Positions 24,901-39,373 of a stretch of 64,000 nt of DNA are shown here, one piece after another (position 1 is the first letter of the stretch; the number at the start of each line of letters is the position of its first letter). Origin of the DNA: the human T2T-CHM13v2.0 reference genome, Homo sapiens; assembly GCF_009914755.1 (NCBI RefSeq), contig NC_060926.1; one strand, written 5' to 3'. The notes beneath the pieces were generated by a model that worked only from the letters and a program-made list of their open reading frames with translations, was not told the DNA's origin and searched no databases. Position numbers and translations under genes: made by a program.

Positions 24901-25435
24901 CATTATATTAATTGTATGATTGTCTCCTATTTAGGAAAAAAATGATCCTGAGTTTTTTCACTTACAGTAGTAAAGAAGGTTTTGTGAAAATTATTAATAT
25001 TTAGGTAAATATGAAGTAACAGATGGTACAGCTAGATATAGTAACAATCATGGTGTGGTAGGAAAATGAAGTGTAGAAATGCTGTGCTACACCACGGAGA
25101 GGTGCCCCAGGGGCCTCTGAAGCTTCTAGAAAGTGGAGTGACTCCTGGAGGATGCCAGCTATTTGGCTGAACTTTGGGACTCCAGGGTAAGCTAGAGGGG
25201 AATGCCATGAGGCCAGGATGTTCTGAGACAGAGACTGTCTCAGAAACTGAGGAGTTTTTCCCCAAGGGAGATCTTGCCTGGCTCCCACCCCTTCTTGCTC
25301 CCAGCTGGATTTTCACCACCTGCCCATAGGCCCTTTTCTTACTCTCACCCCCCAAGCCGTGGGTGGCTGCAGGAGCACTGGCTGATTCTCCTGGAAAAGC
25401 CAGAGACAAACCAGGCTGCACCCAAGTACGTAAAG

Positions 25436-25787
25436 CAGTGATCTCCAACATTTTTGGCACCAGGGACTGGTTTCATGGAAGACAATTTTTCCATGGACTG
25501 GTGTTGGGGGGGGAATGATGATGATGGTTTGGGATAAAACTGTTCCACCTCAGATCATTAAGCATTAGTTAGGTTCTCATGAGAAGCATGTAACCTAGAT
25601 CTTTCTCATGCACAGTTTATAATAGGGTTTTCTCTCCTACCAGAGTCTAATGCCGGTGCTGATCCGACAGGAGGTGGAGCTCAGGCGGTAATGCTTGCTT
25701 GCCCTCCATCACCACCTGCTGTGCGGCCTGGTTCCTAACAGGCCACAGACCGGTTCTGTTCTGTGGCCCAGGGGTTGGGGACCTCTG
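25436..25787 (-). mobile_element. MER1B (hAT-Charlie)
   Basis: CAGTGATCTCCAACATTTTTGGCACCAGGGACTGGTTTCATGGAAGACAATTTTTCC...GGGGTTGGGGACCTCTG; degenerate 8-bp TSD ACGTAAAG / ACATAGAG. Confidence 0.9.
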
Positions 25788-26600
25788 ACATAGAGGATTA
25801 AATGGAAACTTTCTTCTCCCCAAAGCCTGAGCATTAAAGCAGGCCTCAAAGTTCTTCTGTCCTACTGCCTTTCAAACACGCTTGGACATTGGCTCATACT
25901 AAGGCATGCAGTTCACATCTCGACCTATTACAAAGGTACATTTATGCATAAAAAAGTTTCACAAAATGGTACTAACTTAGATATAATTCTTTATTGTATG
26001 CATTTTTATTCTGGTCAAGATCCCGTTAAATGGTTTTGTGACCCGTATGAATTGCAATCTACAATTAGAAAAAATTTGACCTCATTCAGTTTCTTCATTT
26101 CAGAGATGAAGAAAGTAAGACCCAGAAAATGACATGAATTGCAAAAAGTCACCCAGTTAGCCAGCCTCATAGCTAAGACTACAGCCCTGGCCTTGGGACT
26201 CCAAATAAAAGGCTCTTTCCCCTATACTACATTATGAAAGGAAGAATCCATACCAGGTATTCCTGAAATTGAGGAAAGGCCATTTAAAAATAATGTGGCT
26301 CCAGTTATTGATTAAAGAGAAAAACTGGAAAAGACAGAAGCATAACCAGAGGTCTGAAGAGCTAGTCATTTTTGTTAGGAAGTAAAAGTTCCACCTGGTA
26401 ATTAGTTGAGGTTCACTAGAATCCTAAAGCCTGAAAAAGGTCCAACGATGCTGAATCCTACCTCAATAAATACACATGAAATTGAATTGTATCCACTCAA
26501 TGAGCCTGAGTCTCATGTTGTTGGAAAAACAGCCTAGCCCCTTCTGGCCTACAGTCTTCTTTAAAGAGAGGACAACTCCCTGAAGTTAAAGCCCGTAAGG

Positions 26601-27116
26601 CAGGGGTCCCTAACCCATGGGCCACAGACCACCCGTCTGTGGCCTGTTGAGAACCAGGCTGCACAGCTGGAGGTGAGTGGTGGGTGAGCGGGTGAAGTTT
26701 CATCTGTATTTACAGCTGCTCCCCATCATTCATATTACTGCCTGAGCTCCGCCTCCTGTCAGATCAGTGTCAGCATTTAGCTTCTCATAGGAGCCTGAAC
26801 CCAATTGTGAACTGCACACACGAGGGATCTAGGTTGCACCCTCCTTATGAGAATCTAATGCCTGATGATCTGTCACTGTCTCCCATCACCCCAAGATGGG
26901 ACCACCTAGTTGCTGGAAAACAAGCTGAGGGCTCCCATTGATTCTACATTATGATGAGTCATATAATTATATCGTTATATATTCCAATAACAGAAATAAA
27001 GTGCACAATAAATGTGATGTGCTTGAATCATCCCCAAACATCCACCCCTCTGGACTGTGGAAAAGTTGTCTTCCATGAAACCGGCCCCTGGTGCCAAAAA
27101 TGTCAGGGACCCACTG
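26601..27116 (+). mobile_element. MER1A (hAT-Charlie)
   Basis: CAGGGGTCCCTAACCC...CCCTGGTGCCAAAAATGTCAGGGACCCACTG; 8-bp TSD CCGTAAGG / CCTTAAGG. Confidence 0.9.
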
Positions 27117-27232
27117 CCTTAAGGAGTGCTGTAAAAGTTCTTGTCTTTTCAATCCCAGCCTTCTCCCTCTCTCTCTTTTTTTTTTCCTTGATGAGAGCCT
27201 CTCTTAGTTTCACCACCAGCTTCCAAGGTATC

Positions 27233-27699
27233 TGTCTTCATTTTCCAAGGCTGCCATAACAAACTACCATAACCTAAGTAGCTTAAAACAACATAAATTG
27301 ATTCTCTCACCATACTGGAGTCCACAGGTCCAAAATCAAAGTCTCAGCGGCTTTGGTTCCTTCTGGAGGCTCCTAGGGAGAACCTGTCTCATGGATCTCT
27401 CCTAGCTTCTGGTGGTTGCCAGTAGTTCTTGATGTTCCTTGGCTTATACATGCATCACTCCAATCTCTCTCTCCATTGTCATATGGTGTTGTTCTATCTG
27501 CATGTCTCTCTGTCCGAATTTTTCTCTTCTTGTAAGAATATTAAGCATTGGATTGGGGCCTCTCCTAATCTAGTACAAGCTCATTTTAAATTGGTTACAT
27601 TTCCAAAGCCCCTATCTCCAAATAAGATCACATGCACAGGCACCAAGCAGGTTAGAACCTGAGCTTCTCTTTTGTGTAGACACAATTCAACCCACAACA
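27233..27699 (-). mobile_element. MLT1 (MLT1C-like) MaLR solo LTR
   Basis: GGCTGCCATAACAAACTACCATAAC...GCTTAAAACAACA...CACAATTCAACCCACAACA. Confidence 0.85.
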
Positions 27700-28696
27700 C
27701 AGCTAATGTCCAGACGTCGCCCCTATCTCTGCACCTCTCAGCAGCCCCCACCCATCAAAATCGTGTGCAGCTTTGCCCAGCGTGCACCTAAGACTCACGT
27801 ACACTGAATTCCTGATAACTGCGCAAACCCTGCTAGTGCCTTCCTGTATTCCTTTTCTTCCCTCTTCTTTTCTGAAAACATTACAATTTTGTTGGTGGAC
27901 TGGGGAAAAGTAATCAAGGGATGGGAACAATGTGAGTCTGTTCTTCCAGATCCCTCATTATGTGAAAACAAAATACTTTTTTTTCCCAGACTCTCCTTCT
28001 GCACAGGAAAGGCCTGGCTCACTGTTCTAGCCAATGAGAAATGAGTAGAAATGGCGGGAGACTTCCAGGAACTGTCTGATACATGTAGCACACGTGCCTC
28101 CTTCTCCCTTACCTCTCCTTGCTCTTTCCTGCCTGGAACCCAGATGTGATCACTAGAAGCACAGCAGCCCTCTTGCAACCAGGAGATGATAAGCATGAAG
28201 ATATGAGGCCCAAACCCCACATGTTAAAGATAATAAAGCAACTATCATATTCAAAAGAGCCAACAGTTATTGGGCATTTAATATGCACCAGGCATGATTC
28301 TCACACATTAAGAGTATTAACTCACTCCATCAATAGTATTAGCTGAGCATGTTATTATCCCCATTTCTAGAGGATGAAACCTGTATGACCCCAGGCAACG
28401 GGCTGCAGGGTTCATAGGTCCTGCTGGCAGCATTGAGCTGCTATATAGCTCCTTTTTATTTTAAAATAATAAACCAGCATTGCTTAAGATTTCCATTACT
28501 TGTAGCTGATTTCATTCTTGGCTGACACACTGATATTACCTCATAGGGTCATCAAAAGGATTAAATGAGGAAATATGTGTCTGTGGATGAAGGAAAACAA
28601 TAACAATCAGTTAATAGTGGGTAAAACATAAGTTCTCAATAAATAATTGACTTTAATGTTTAACCTCTCTAAGAAGCAACATAATTACATCAATCA

Positions 28697-29278
28697 TGTA
28701 GTAGGCAGAATAATGGCCTCCCAAAAATTTCCTCATCATAATCCTAGAAACCTGTACATATGTTACATAGCACAAAGGGCTTGGTAGATGTGATTAAGGT
28801 TAAGGGCCTTGAGATGGGGGATTACTTTGGATTGTCTGGTTGGACCCACTCTAATCGCATGAGTCCTTAAAGCAGAGAACCTTTGCTGACTGCAGTGAGA
28901 GAGATTCAATGGCAGAGGTTTGGGGAGATGGCAGCATGAGAAAGATTCAGTGTTCTGTTGCTGTTCTGAGCTCTAGGAGGCTACATGCTACGTGCTCTAG
29001 GCTGCTACGGAGGAGAAGCCCCTAGCAGCAGGCAACCAGCAAGGAAATGGAGATCTCAATCCTACAGCCCCATGGAATTGAATTCTGCCAACACCTGATT
29101 GAGCAAGAAAATGGATTCTTCCCTAGAGCCCACGAAGAGGAACACAGCCCGGCCAGCACCTTGAGTTCATGAGACCCAGGCTGGACTTCTGACCTACTTA
29201 ACTGTGAGATAATCAATTTGTGTTGTTTAAGCCATTGTTTGTGGTCATTTGTTACAGCAGCAATAGAAAACTGATACA
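28697..29278 (+). mobile_element. MLT1 (MLT1D/E-like) solo LTR
   Basis: TGTAGTAGGCAGAATAATGGCCTCCC...TTTGTTACAGCAGCAATAGAAAACTGATACA. Confidence 0.88.
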
Positions 29279-29449
29279 AGTAATAACGGGATTTCAGACG
29301 TAGTCCAGAGAGTTAGCCTAGGGGCTTTAAAGATGAAACTGAGTAGCTGCATATGAAGGTCACCAAGAGTCCCACCCTCTCGTGGAATCATAAAGATGTT
29401 CAGTGCCTCGTTTTCTCACCCTATGGTGTAAACTTATTCTGGTGTAGTA

Positions 29450-29565
29450 TGCAGGGTTCACCTGGTAAGCGACTCAAGGGGCACCATTCACATAGCCTCA
29501 GGGGTGCCATTCATGCAGAATAGAATGTGAACAGTGCCCCCCAACAGTAGTGCAATGCAAAGCCT
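29450..29565. mobile_element. MER91-like palindromic MITE relic with a duplicated left arm
   Basis: AAGGGGCACCATTCACATAG, then AGGGGTGCCATTCATGCAGAATAGAATGTGAACAGTGCCCC. Confidence 0.6.
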
Positions 29566-31161
29566 GCTAGTCAGAGGGGTCATGTGGGATCATAGCGAGA
29601 ATATTGGCTGGAGCTTGGAGAGCCAGGGATAAGCAGGGCAAATGTCTGCATTGGTATTGTACAGCCAACCTCTCTGAAAAGCACCTGGCTTTCAGTCCAG
29701 TGATTTTGGTATTTGATAATGAGTGCAAAATGCCATTCTAATGTCAAAAACTCCATTTAAAAAAAGAACAAAAACGAAAGCTTCGTGGGTTTCCCTCTCT
29801 CAGCTGAACCTCGACAGTCAGATAAGCCAGGTCAATGCAGACTTTGTGTGGCCCAGTTACTCTCTCTATCAAGGCTAATGAGGAGCACATTCTTTTTCTG
29901 CAAGCCAGTCAGGTTTAAATCCAAAGGTTAAATTGAGGACAAAGTTGACTCTTAGGTGACAAGGGTCTGTATTTTGAATCAAAATTTGGTGAAAGAAATA
30001 TTCTAGATCTTGAGAAACACCTGTCCGTTTTTAATATTCTTCCTGGGGAAGGTGTATTCTCCTAATTAGAGATTTAGCAATGCACTGAAGCCCACTACCT
30101 ATAGAGATCCAGATTACAGGGCTGGTTTGTCAGACACGGTTACATCTGCTGACAAGAAACCAGTTATGTAAAGATGTGAGAAATGGAAATTCTGCACCGA
30201 TTTTCCAGAACAAAATCTGCCTCTAAAAAGGTGTAACTTCATGCACAATATGCTTCATCGTTTGAATAACAAAATAAGATAGGCAAAAAAAAAAAAAAAA
30301 AAAAAAAAGAAGACTTCTCAAAGAGAGCCTGCATTCAGGTTGCAGTGAGTACAAGCGATGTGATGAATATTTCTGATGGTATATTTAAAATGTTTTGTGA
30401 GAAAATAATGCATTTTAGAAATGGAGTGAGATAATGCCAGAGACTTTGCTTTAGAGGCGATCAAATAAGTTTCCAGGCAGGTTTTTCTTTTTCTCATAGA
30501 TTCCTGGAGGTAATGGCAAAAGCCACGATTAAAATTCATTAGATGAAAAGTAAACTTATATTACAATTGATGACATTCTCCTCTAAATTGTTAGCCCTAT
30601 TAGGGAGACACCTATTGTCTGCCAAACTCTTATCTATGCTGTCTGCTTCTCTCTAAACAGTTCTCTTGCATTTTAATCTAGGGAATGTTCCTTCCATGTT
30701 AAATTTCGTTCATGCCCCACAAGTCACACAGGGCATTCCATGAGCTATCCTGAGATGCTTCTCAACTTTTCAAAACAGGATGCTGAGGTTGCAAGGAAAT
30801 TCTTCTGTTCCAAGCTTCAAGTTTAGAAAAATTACTTAAAGATGACAGGAAAAGGATTTCTATGTGCCCACTTACTGAGACAATTCGTTCAGCTGGAAAG
30901 AATCCCTGCGAGCTTTCCTTAGAGCCCATGGAAGAGCCAACTGCAAACCTTCTCTTTGGCTTCAAGGCAATTTAAGAACGGCAGAGGCTGTGGTGAATTT
31001 CTGTCTCTGCAAAGGAAGCAGAAACAAGAGATTCACCACTGTGCTGTTCACATGCTGTTCTCTTACAGTCAGGCCTCTTCCTGTCATACCTAGCCTTAGA
31101 TTAGATTGTGAGGAGAATAGAAAGTGGTCAGACTTCATCTCATCAAGGCAGTGGCCCCTTC

Positions 31162-31587
31162 TGCTACGGACGGAATGTCTGTGCCTCCACCAGTTTCTAT
31201 GTTGAAGCTCTAACCCCCAGTGTGATGGTATTTGGAGGTGGAGCCTTTGGGAGGTGATGAAGTTTTGGTGAGATCATAAGCATGGGACCTGCATGATAGG
31301 ATTAGTGTCTTCATGAAAAAAGAAAGACCAGAACACACACACATACTCACACTCTCTCTCTGCCCCTCTCCCTCCCCTCCCTCCTCCCCCCCACCCCCCT
31401 TTACCAAATGAGGACACAGTGAGATGGTGGGCATCTGTAAGCCAGGAAGAGGACCCTCACCAGGAACCTGACCTGCCAACACCCTGATCTTAGACTTCTC
31501 ATCCTCCAGAACTAAGAGAAGGAACTGTCCATTGTGTGTCACCCAGTCTGTGGCATTTTGTGATAGCAGCCCACGCTGACTAAGACA
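31162..31587 (+). mobile_element. MLT1A-like solo LTR
   Basis: TGCTACGGACGGAATGT...GTGATGGTATTTGGAGGTGGAGCCTTTGGGAGGTGAT...GACTAAGACA. Confidence 0.88.
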
Positions 31588-31761
31588 CCCCCTCATCCAT
31601 AAAATGTGGCATGATCGTTTCTTCTTTAGGAATTACCCCATCTATGGTCATTTCTTTTGAATGCTCATGCTATGACAATCTGTAAAGTGATGGAGGGTGT
31701 TTCACAGCTTGGCAAACCAAAATTCTGTGGGTCAGAATTTTTCTCCAAAACCTAGAGCTGA

Positions 31762-31763
<2 letters not shown>

Positions 31764-31806
<43 letters not shown>
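31764..31806. repeat. (CA)n microsatellite, about 21 units
   Basis: Read directly from the sequence. Confidence 0.97.
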
Positions 31807-31810
<4 letters not shown>

Positions 31811-32064
31811 TCATTCAGCTTGGTAAGCCCTAAACTAACCTGTTCTCCTTATGGAAAAGCCAATTTCAGGCCATCCCAAGATGAGGTAGGTGATGCCAAG
31901 CTTGTCCTCTCTCCACCCAGAGCTGCAGGTCAGGAAACAGAACAGAAAGACTCCTCTCACCTTCACCTTCTGGCTTCTCCCCTCTCTGTAGTGGCTGAAA
32001 GAAAACTCTGTCACCTCAGCAGGCACCAGTAGGCAGAGCAAGACTGCCCTTCTCGTCTCGTCAG

Positions 32065-32250
32065 GCAAGGCTGAGTTGGAATCCTTGCACTACCACCAAC
32101 TAGTTGTGTGACCTTGAGTGAATTATTGAAACTCTCTGAGACACAGTGTCCTCATTTACGAGGTGGTGGTACTAATTCCTGCCTCGCAGGCTGCTTAGGA
32201 AGATGAGTGAGATACCTGTGTAAACACACCCCGCACAGCACCCAGCCAGG
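32065..32250 (+). mobile_element. MIR SINE
   Basis: ACTAGTTGTGTGACCTTGAGTGAATTATTGAAACTCTCTGAG...CCTCATTT. Confidence 0.7.
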
Positions 32251-33599
32251 TTCCTTCGCCCTGCCCCTTCCTCCCAGCCTCTCTCCACAATGAATTAGCA
32301 ACTCCCAGAGGTAGGTGTGTCATCTCCTCTGGCATCACCAAAGTTCACTCTTCCCCAAGCTCCATCTGAGTGGGTCAGACTTAGAGGCTGTGTTTCAGGA
32401 GTTCACGGTGGCAGATCTAGAAAGCCTCAGGAGCCAGCCTCCCCTGAGGGAGAACCTAAGATTGCCTGGTGGGAGGACTAATGGTCTCCAATGTCCCAAG
32501 ATTTAGCTCTGGGGAAAGTGATATGAACCCATAGTAAACTAAAGGGAACAAAAGTTGATCAAACGAACCAACAACAACAACAAAACCCCAGAAGCTTGTT
32601 TTTTTTCTATCTTCAGAGAACAGGAAGGTGAATATGGGTGAATCATTCCTGCAAATCAGAGCTTAAAGAGAGTACTTTGTTTTCTCCCCACTGAGGCTGT
32701 TGAGAAGTTTGGGCCCTTGGTGTCAGCTTCAACTAGAAATGAACTTGATTTATAATCTATTCATAACCCAGCTCTAAATCTGTTCCCCTCAGAACTTCTA
32801 GCAATAAAAAATAATAATAATTATAATAAGAAAAACCAGGGAGGGAAGGGCAAAGCAATTCAACTTATTTCATTATCTTGGATTTTATACTTCTTGTTTG
32901 CTAGCTTGATAAGGGATGCTACAATCTTTTATATCAATCTTTTGTGATATATTTTTTATTGCACTAGATGGTAGGGGAATTGCCCCAAAATTAATAAACA
33001 CCATATGCTGAATTTTGATTAGAGATCACTTTGGAATAATGATTGATCTGGCTTGGGAATGAGAATAGGCATCTTTTTTCCCTTTTTCTTTTTTAATCAT
33101 ATGCCTTTCAGAGTCCTTCTGGTCTCCTTTCCTTCCCCCACCCTTGCCTTTATGTGCAAAAGCAGGATAATGAAAAGGTCTTATAAATCTCTGGAGTATA
33201 TATTTGTTACCAAAAATTGCATTGTAATCTGACCTATCAGCCCATCCAATGCTGTCTGGGAACAGTAATAACAGCATTTCATAACTGTGTCTGAATCTAT
33301 CAGGGCAACTGATATATTATAGAATGAGATTGGTCCTCCAAGAATGTGATACATGGCATTGGCAGGGACCCATTCCTCGAACCTCTAGGGAAAGTGGGAA
33401 AATTATTCTGCATAAAGAACAAACTTCCCTAGTTAGCATAACCTATCTCCAAGCCACGGAAAATCTCCTGCTTGCTGGCCCAACCCTTCTAGGAGGTTGT
33501 TTTCAACATTTGACAATGTTTTTCTTCAACAACAAGAATAATTGAAGCCTAGTAACAGCCAAGGTAGCCCGTCTTTGCAAATGCTCCCCTTTATGACCT

Positions 33600-34040
33600 A
33601 CTTCAGAGTTGCTCCAGGAGCACATAAAAATTACCTGGGAAACTGGTTAAAACTAATGATTCCTGGGCCGGTCTCCAAAGATGCACATTCACTAGGTCTG
33701 GAGTTGGGCCCAGGGATCTGCATTTTTAACATGTAGACTAGATGATTCTCATATACATGGTCTAAAGACCACCCGTAAAGAGACACTAATGAGAATGTTC
33801 AAAATATCTTAGTTGTGTTTAAATCATTGTCTTTGAAATACAATATCACTAGGTTCAGATCCCAGCTTTGCCATGTGCCAGCTGTATGATCCTGGGCAAT
33901 TTATTTAGCCACCCTAAGGCTCACGTTTCCTAACCTAGAGAATGAAGATAATAATACCTATATCTTATGGTTGTTATGAATATTAAATGAAATATTGTAT
34001 AAACAATGTTTAGCACCGGGCCTCTTAATTATAAGCATTC
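33600..34040. mobile_element. MER5-like relic (~33600-33790) followed by a MIR (~33850-34040)
   Basis: ATTACCTGGGAAACTGGTTAAA...GGCCCAGGGATCTGCATTTTTAAC; GGTTCAGATCCCAGCTTTGCCA...CTGTATGATCCTGGGCAATTTATTTA. Confidence 0.65.
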
Positions 34041-34329
34041 CACATATAGGTATATTCCCAAGGAAAAATGCCTCAAGGAAGAGAGCCATCAAAAAGTTGG
34101 GCACTGTCTTATTAAGCTGGTTCTCTATAACAAAAACAATGGACAGTGGAAAGAAACTAAGAGGAATATTGGCTTCAACAAGAGGTAGAGATTTGGGAAA
34201 AGTGAAAATTAACAAATGATGTGCTAATAATGAGAGAATATGAAAAGGTTGTAGAGTTGAAAAGTGGCAGAGTAAGCAGAGAGGTGTCCAAATTTCACAG
34301 CTATTCTCAGTTGTCCTCTGGATCGTTCT

Positions 34330-34815
34330 ATCATGTTAGGTGGAATATAATTTAGTCATTACTTGGAGATGAAGTATGATTTAAGGAGATGTGTACGAAT
34401 GCCAAGTGGACTGTGATAGCTTTCTGATGTGTCAGCTTGGCTAGGCTACAGCCCCCATTTGTTCAATCAAACACTAATGTAGGTGCTGCTGTGAAGGGAT
34501 TTGGCCAATGTAATTAAACTCCCTAATCAGTTGACCTTAAGTTAGAGATTGTACTGGGGGGCCTGGATTAATCAGTTAGAAGGCTTTCAAGGCCTTCTAA
34601 CTGATTAAGGAAGGCTGAGGCTTTCCTTGGAGAAAGAAGAGATTCTTGCTTGTGGACAGTAGCTTCAGCCTGTGCCTGTGGGGTTCTAGGCTGCCCATGA
34701 GCTTCCCTTATTGATGGCCTTCTCTACAGACTTTAAACTTGCTTAGCCAGCCCAATTCATGTATATACAATCTATCTATTTAGCTATGTTTCTGTCTCCT
34801 CCTGACTCTACTCAA
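34330..34815 (+). mobile_element. ERVL internal 3' remnant plus MLT2 (MLT2D-like) LTR
   Basis: TTTAAGGAGATGTGTACGAATGCCAAG, then TGTGATAGCTTTCTGATGTGTCAGCTTGGCTAGGCTACAG...CAAACACTAATGTAGGTGCTGCTGTGAAGG. Confidence 0.75.
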
Positions 34816-35877
34816 CAACTCTTTACCTGGTCCGTGTGATAGAAAGTAGATTCAGAGTAGAATTAAATTACATGACATATAAATAGGCTCCCTCTGTCTC
34901 AGCCCCGCTGCAGCCAATGTCATGCCCGTTATCTAACAGGAGAGATACTAAATGTGTCTCTGCAGAAGCATAGGGATGATGTTTAGAAGGATGTTCTATC
35001 TTCACCTTTAAAGTGGTTAATTTTTAAAAGTAGTCTTATAGAACAACAGCTGGGAATTCTGCGACAAGTACTAAAGAAATAACAATAGTGCCCTGGATTT
35101 TTAACACTGGATCTCAGTAATTCAAAGACACTTGCAGATTTTCTCCTAATATAACTCTGGACATATCTCTGTGGGTGAGCTAAGGGCAGGCATCGTTAGT
35201 CTCATCTTAGAGATAAAGAAACTAACGTTAAGAGGAAGCAAGAGCCATCCTCCGGGTGACTCAACAAGTCACCAGGGGAACTGAACAGAGCCTAGGAAGT
35301 TAATTCAAAACTCTCAAACCTTGTTTGTCACCTGGTGTGTGAAAGTAAAGTAAATGTAAAGTTTAAAAAACAATAAAAAAGTACTTAAGGAAGCAATGTT
35401 TAAAAAGAGAAGGTGCTCATGAACAATAGATTTTAAAAAGAAAAATGCAAGAGGATCTAATTACCATTGAAGAAATACAGCAGCTTAATGAGAGTTTTTC
35501 AATGCACTGTGGAGTTAAAAAACAGTTACCATCTTACTACAATTATGCATCCATTTTTGTTTCTAAAATGCACGGGGAAAATATCTGGAACGGCATACAT
35601 CAAAATCGTAAATTATAGGTGAATTTCATCTTGATTTTGCTTTTCTGTCTTTTCTCAATTTCTCTATTTTCTGTATTTTTTTAAGGTTTTTTTTTTTTTA
35701 ATGTTCTGCTTTCTTGTGGTGCTTATTACTCTATTGAGATTCAAAGAAAGAATCATGGGACCTGAGAACCTCATACTTTAACTACTTCCCTGAGCCCAAG
35801 GGTCAGTTGGCAAGCTTGATAGATGCCAATTGCCGGACTCCCCCCTCTCCCACCTACCTCCAACCTCTTCCGATTGA

Positions 35878-36419
<542 letters not shown>

Positions 36420-37192
36420 TGACATGAACCACTCCTTATTGAGAAGAAAGCTCCCCAATGTACTGGCCATCATGGTAAGTGTGGGAAAACTGAGTGTCAC
36501 CCTCTTATGCCTCCAGATAACGAAAAGCCTTTTTAACTCTTCTGCCTCACTTCTGCATCTCTACATTTGTGCCAAGCACATTTGCTACCCAAAATACAAC
36601 CACAACCAGCAGCAGCAATATCACCTGGGAGCTAGACATGCAGACTCTCAGATCCCACCCCAGACTGACTGGGTGACAACCTACACTCTAACAGGATTCA
36701 GAAGCACTAGACTGGAAGACCTGCAGGTACCAGAAACAACCAGAAAGCAATCCCCAGTTACACACTCCCCAGACAGCCCCCTCTCAGGATGCCCTGTGGA
36801 CAGATTCTCAATGGGCACCTCCAGTGCTCTTTGACCACCAATGGCAAGTCTGCAGGAGCCTATCCCTTGCTCTGGGGTTTGAGGGCCAGGTCTAGGACAT
36901 CCTTCCTGTGTTGGAGATGTCTGTTGTCTTTTTCTCAGGACAGCCGACTTCCTCCAGTGACCTCCCTTACCCAGGGACCCAGGGCCAAAGAACACCTTTC
37001 AAAGCACTGCCCTGTGACTGAGCAGAGGGTGGGCTCAGCCCATCCATTTCCCAAGCCCCTCCCTTTCTCCTACATCCTGAAAAAATTCAGACTGTTTAAG
37101 TCATCCTTATCATCATGTTAATAAATGTGGCAGTGTGACGGCCTAAACACAGGAAAAGACCAAGACAAAAAGGAAAAACAAAAACCAACAAA

Positions 37193-37199
<7 letters not shown>

Positions 37200-37232
<33 letters not shown>
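37200..37232. repeat. (CA)n microsatellite, about 16 units
   Basis: Read directly from the sequence. Confidence 0.96.
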
Positions 37233-37234
<2 letters not shown>

Positions 37235-39018
37235 ATCAATCTTTGCAAAGCCGGATATTTCTTTTTCTTGCCTAGCAGGATACAGCATCTTTGGCATATT
37301 TTTCCCTCCTATTTTTGCTCCTTTTTCTTTTCCTTTTTAAATAGACACATTTCAAATGTCAGGGGGCGATAGTGGGGCCAAGTCAAATCAGATTCAGAAG
37401 ACCAAATAGCTAAAGGTTTTGATCTTTGCAGCTGCTTCTTCCAGGGAGGCTTGGGGAGACCTCCCAGTGCAGGGAGAGCTCCTGATAAGCTCAAGTGGGC
37501 ATTTATTGTGCTCACTCAGGCTCCCTCTCAGGTTAACCTTTATTTGCAGACTTGAACTAAAATGGTTACCAGCTTGAAAGGAAAGCCCTCTCTCTCCTTC
37601 TTCCCACTCTCCCCTTCTCCTAGTCCCAGAGGGGAGGAAAAAGAAACAAGGCAGAGGTTAAGTGAGGGAGACAATAAAGAAGGAGGGAGCTCTTATCTAA
37701 AATCTGACTTTGATTTTAGCGACTGACATTGAGTGGCAGGTCTGTCGCCAGTTTTTGTTTTTTACACCGTCCTCCAAAAATCCCGAGAGAGACTCAGCCA
37801 AGTTGGTCCCCACCTTTCCAAGTCAGCCTAATGGAAATTAGACTGCACACATCTCCCTGCCCCCAGAGGGGCCAAGGCTAATCGGGTATCCTCTCCGGGG
37901 AGCTGAGTGTCCAGGGACATCCCATATTTTAGCCGAGTAATTCAGACTTACTTGCCTAATGCCTTACTGAAACTTGTCATCACAGCAGCCGAGTAAAAAA
38001 TATATCTGCGTGCCGTGTGGAGCAATAAATCCTGGGGCCATATTCTCAGTCATTCCATATTTCAAGGCAGGGAAGCTTATTTCTACAGACTGTTAATAAC
38101 AAAAGTGACTGTATAGGAAGGAGAAAGTTTGTGTCTATCCTTGGCCCCCTTACAGATCCATCCTGGATTCAGGAGAGCATTTGAGGCACAGTGTTTTCAT
38201 GGGATTCACAGCTGCCATAGGACTGTACTCCACCAGACTCCCCAAGAAAATGGGCTTGTGTGTCCCTGACTGAATGTAAACAGGAGGTGCCTCTTTGTTT
38301 GCTATGAGAAGATGCATGGCCCTCCAGTTTTCAAGTATCTATGGGAATCATCCAGCCTGATGGCAAAGTGGGCTTGCGGTAGACACTGGAGGAAGGGGAA
38401 AAGAGAGAACATCCAGGCTAGAGGGTTTAAAAAAAGAGATGCGGGTGGGATCTGAGGAAAAGGTTGAGACTGGGTAGAGCGGTGAGTAGCCTCAGGTGAA
38501 TCAGTCCAGAAAAATGTGGAGTGTAACTCAAGCCAGCCTTTCCCAGGTCCCAGATGGAAACCAAGAGGTGCTCGCCCACACAGAACTCTATTCCAGTACT
38601 ATTTGCTCTCCTCTCCTCTCTCTCAGTAGTCTCTATTCTCCAACAGTAAAAGGTCTCTCCTCTCCATCAGTAAACACCTACTCATTCTTCAAGATGCTCG
38701 TCAAATTTTACTACCTCTTTAAAACCTTCTTCATGTCTCCCATACAAGCTCGTTGTTTCTCCTCTGTGTTCCCAAAGCCTTTTGTTAAACTCAGAGCACA
38801 CATCACTCCCTAGGGAGGCAGTCTAGAGCCAAGGCTGAAAGAGCAGTCTCTAGAGCTGATCTGTCTAGTTTCAAACCCTGGCTCGCCACTTACAAGCTAA
38901 ACAACCTTGGGCAAGTTTTGTCACTTCTTGAGTCAACTGTAAAATGGGACCAACAGTAGTACCTGCCTCATAGGGTTGTCGTGTTAAGTGAGTTTCTATA
39001 TAAAAACAGCTTAGAATA

Positions 39019-39373
<355 letters not shown>

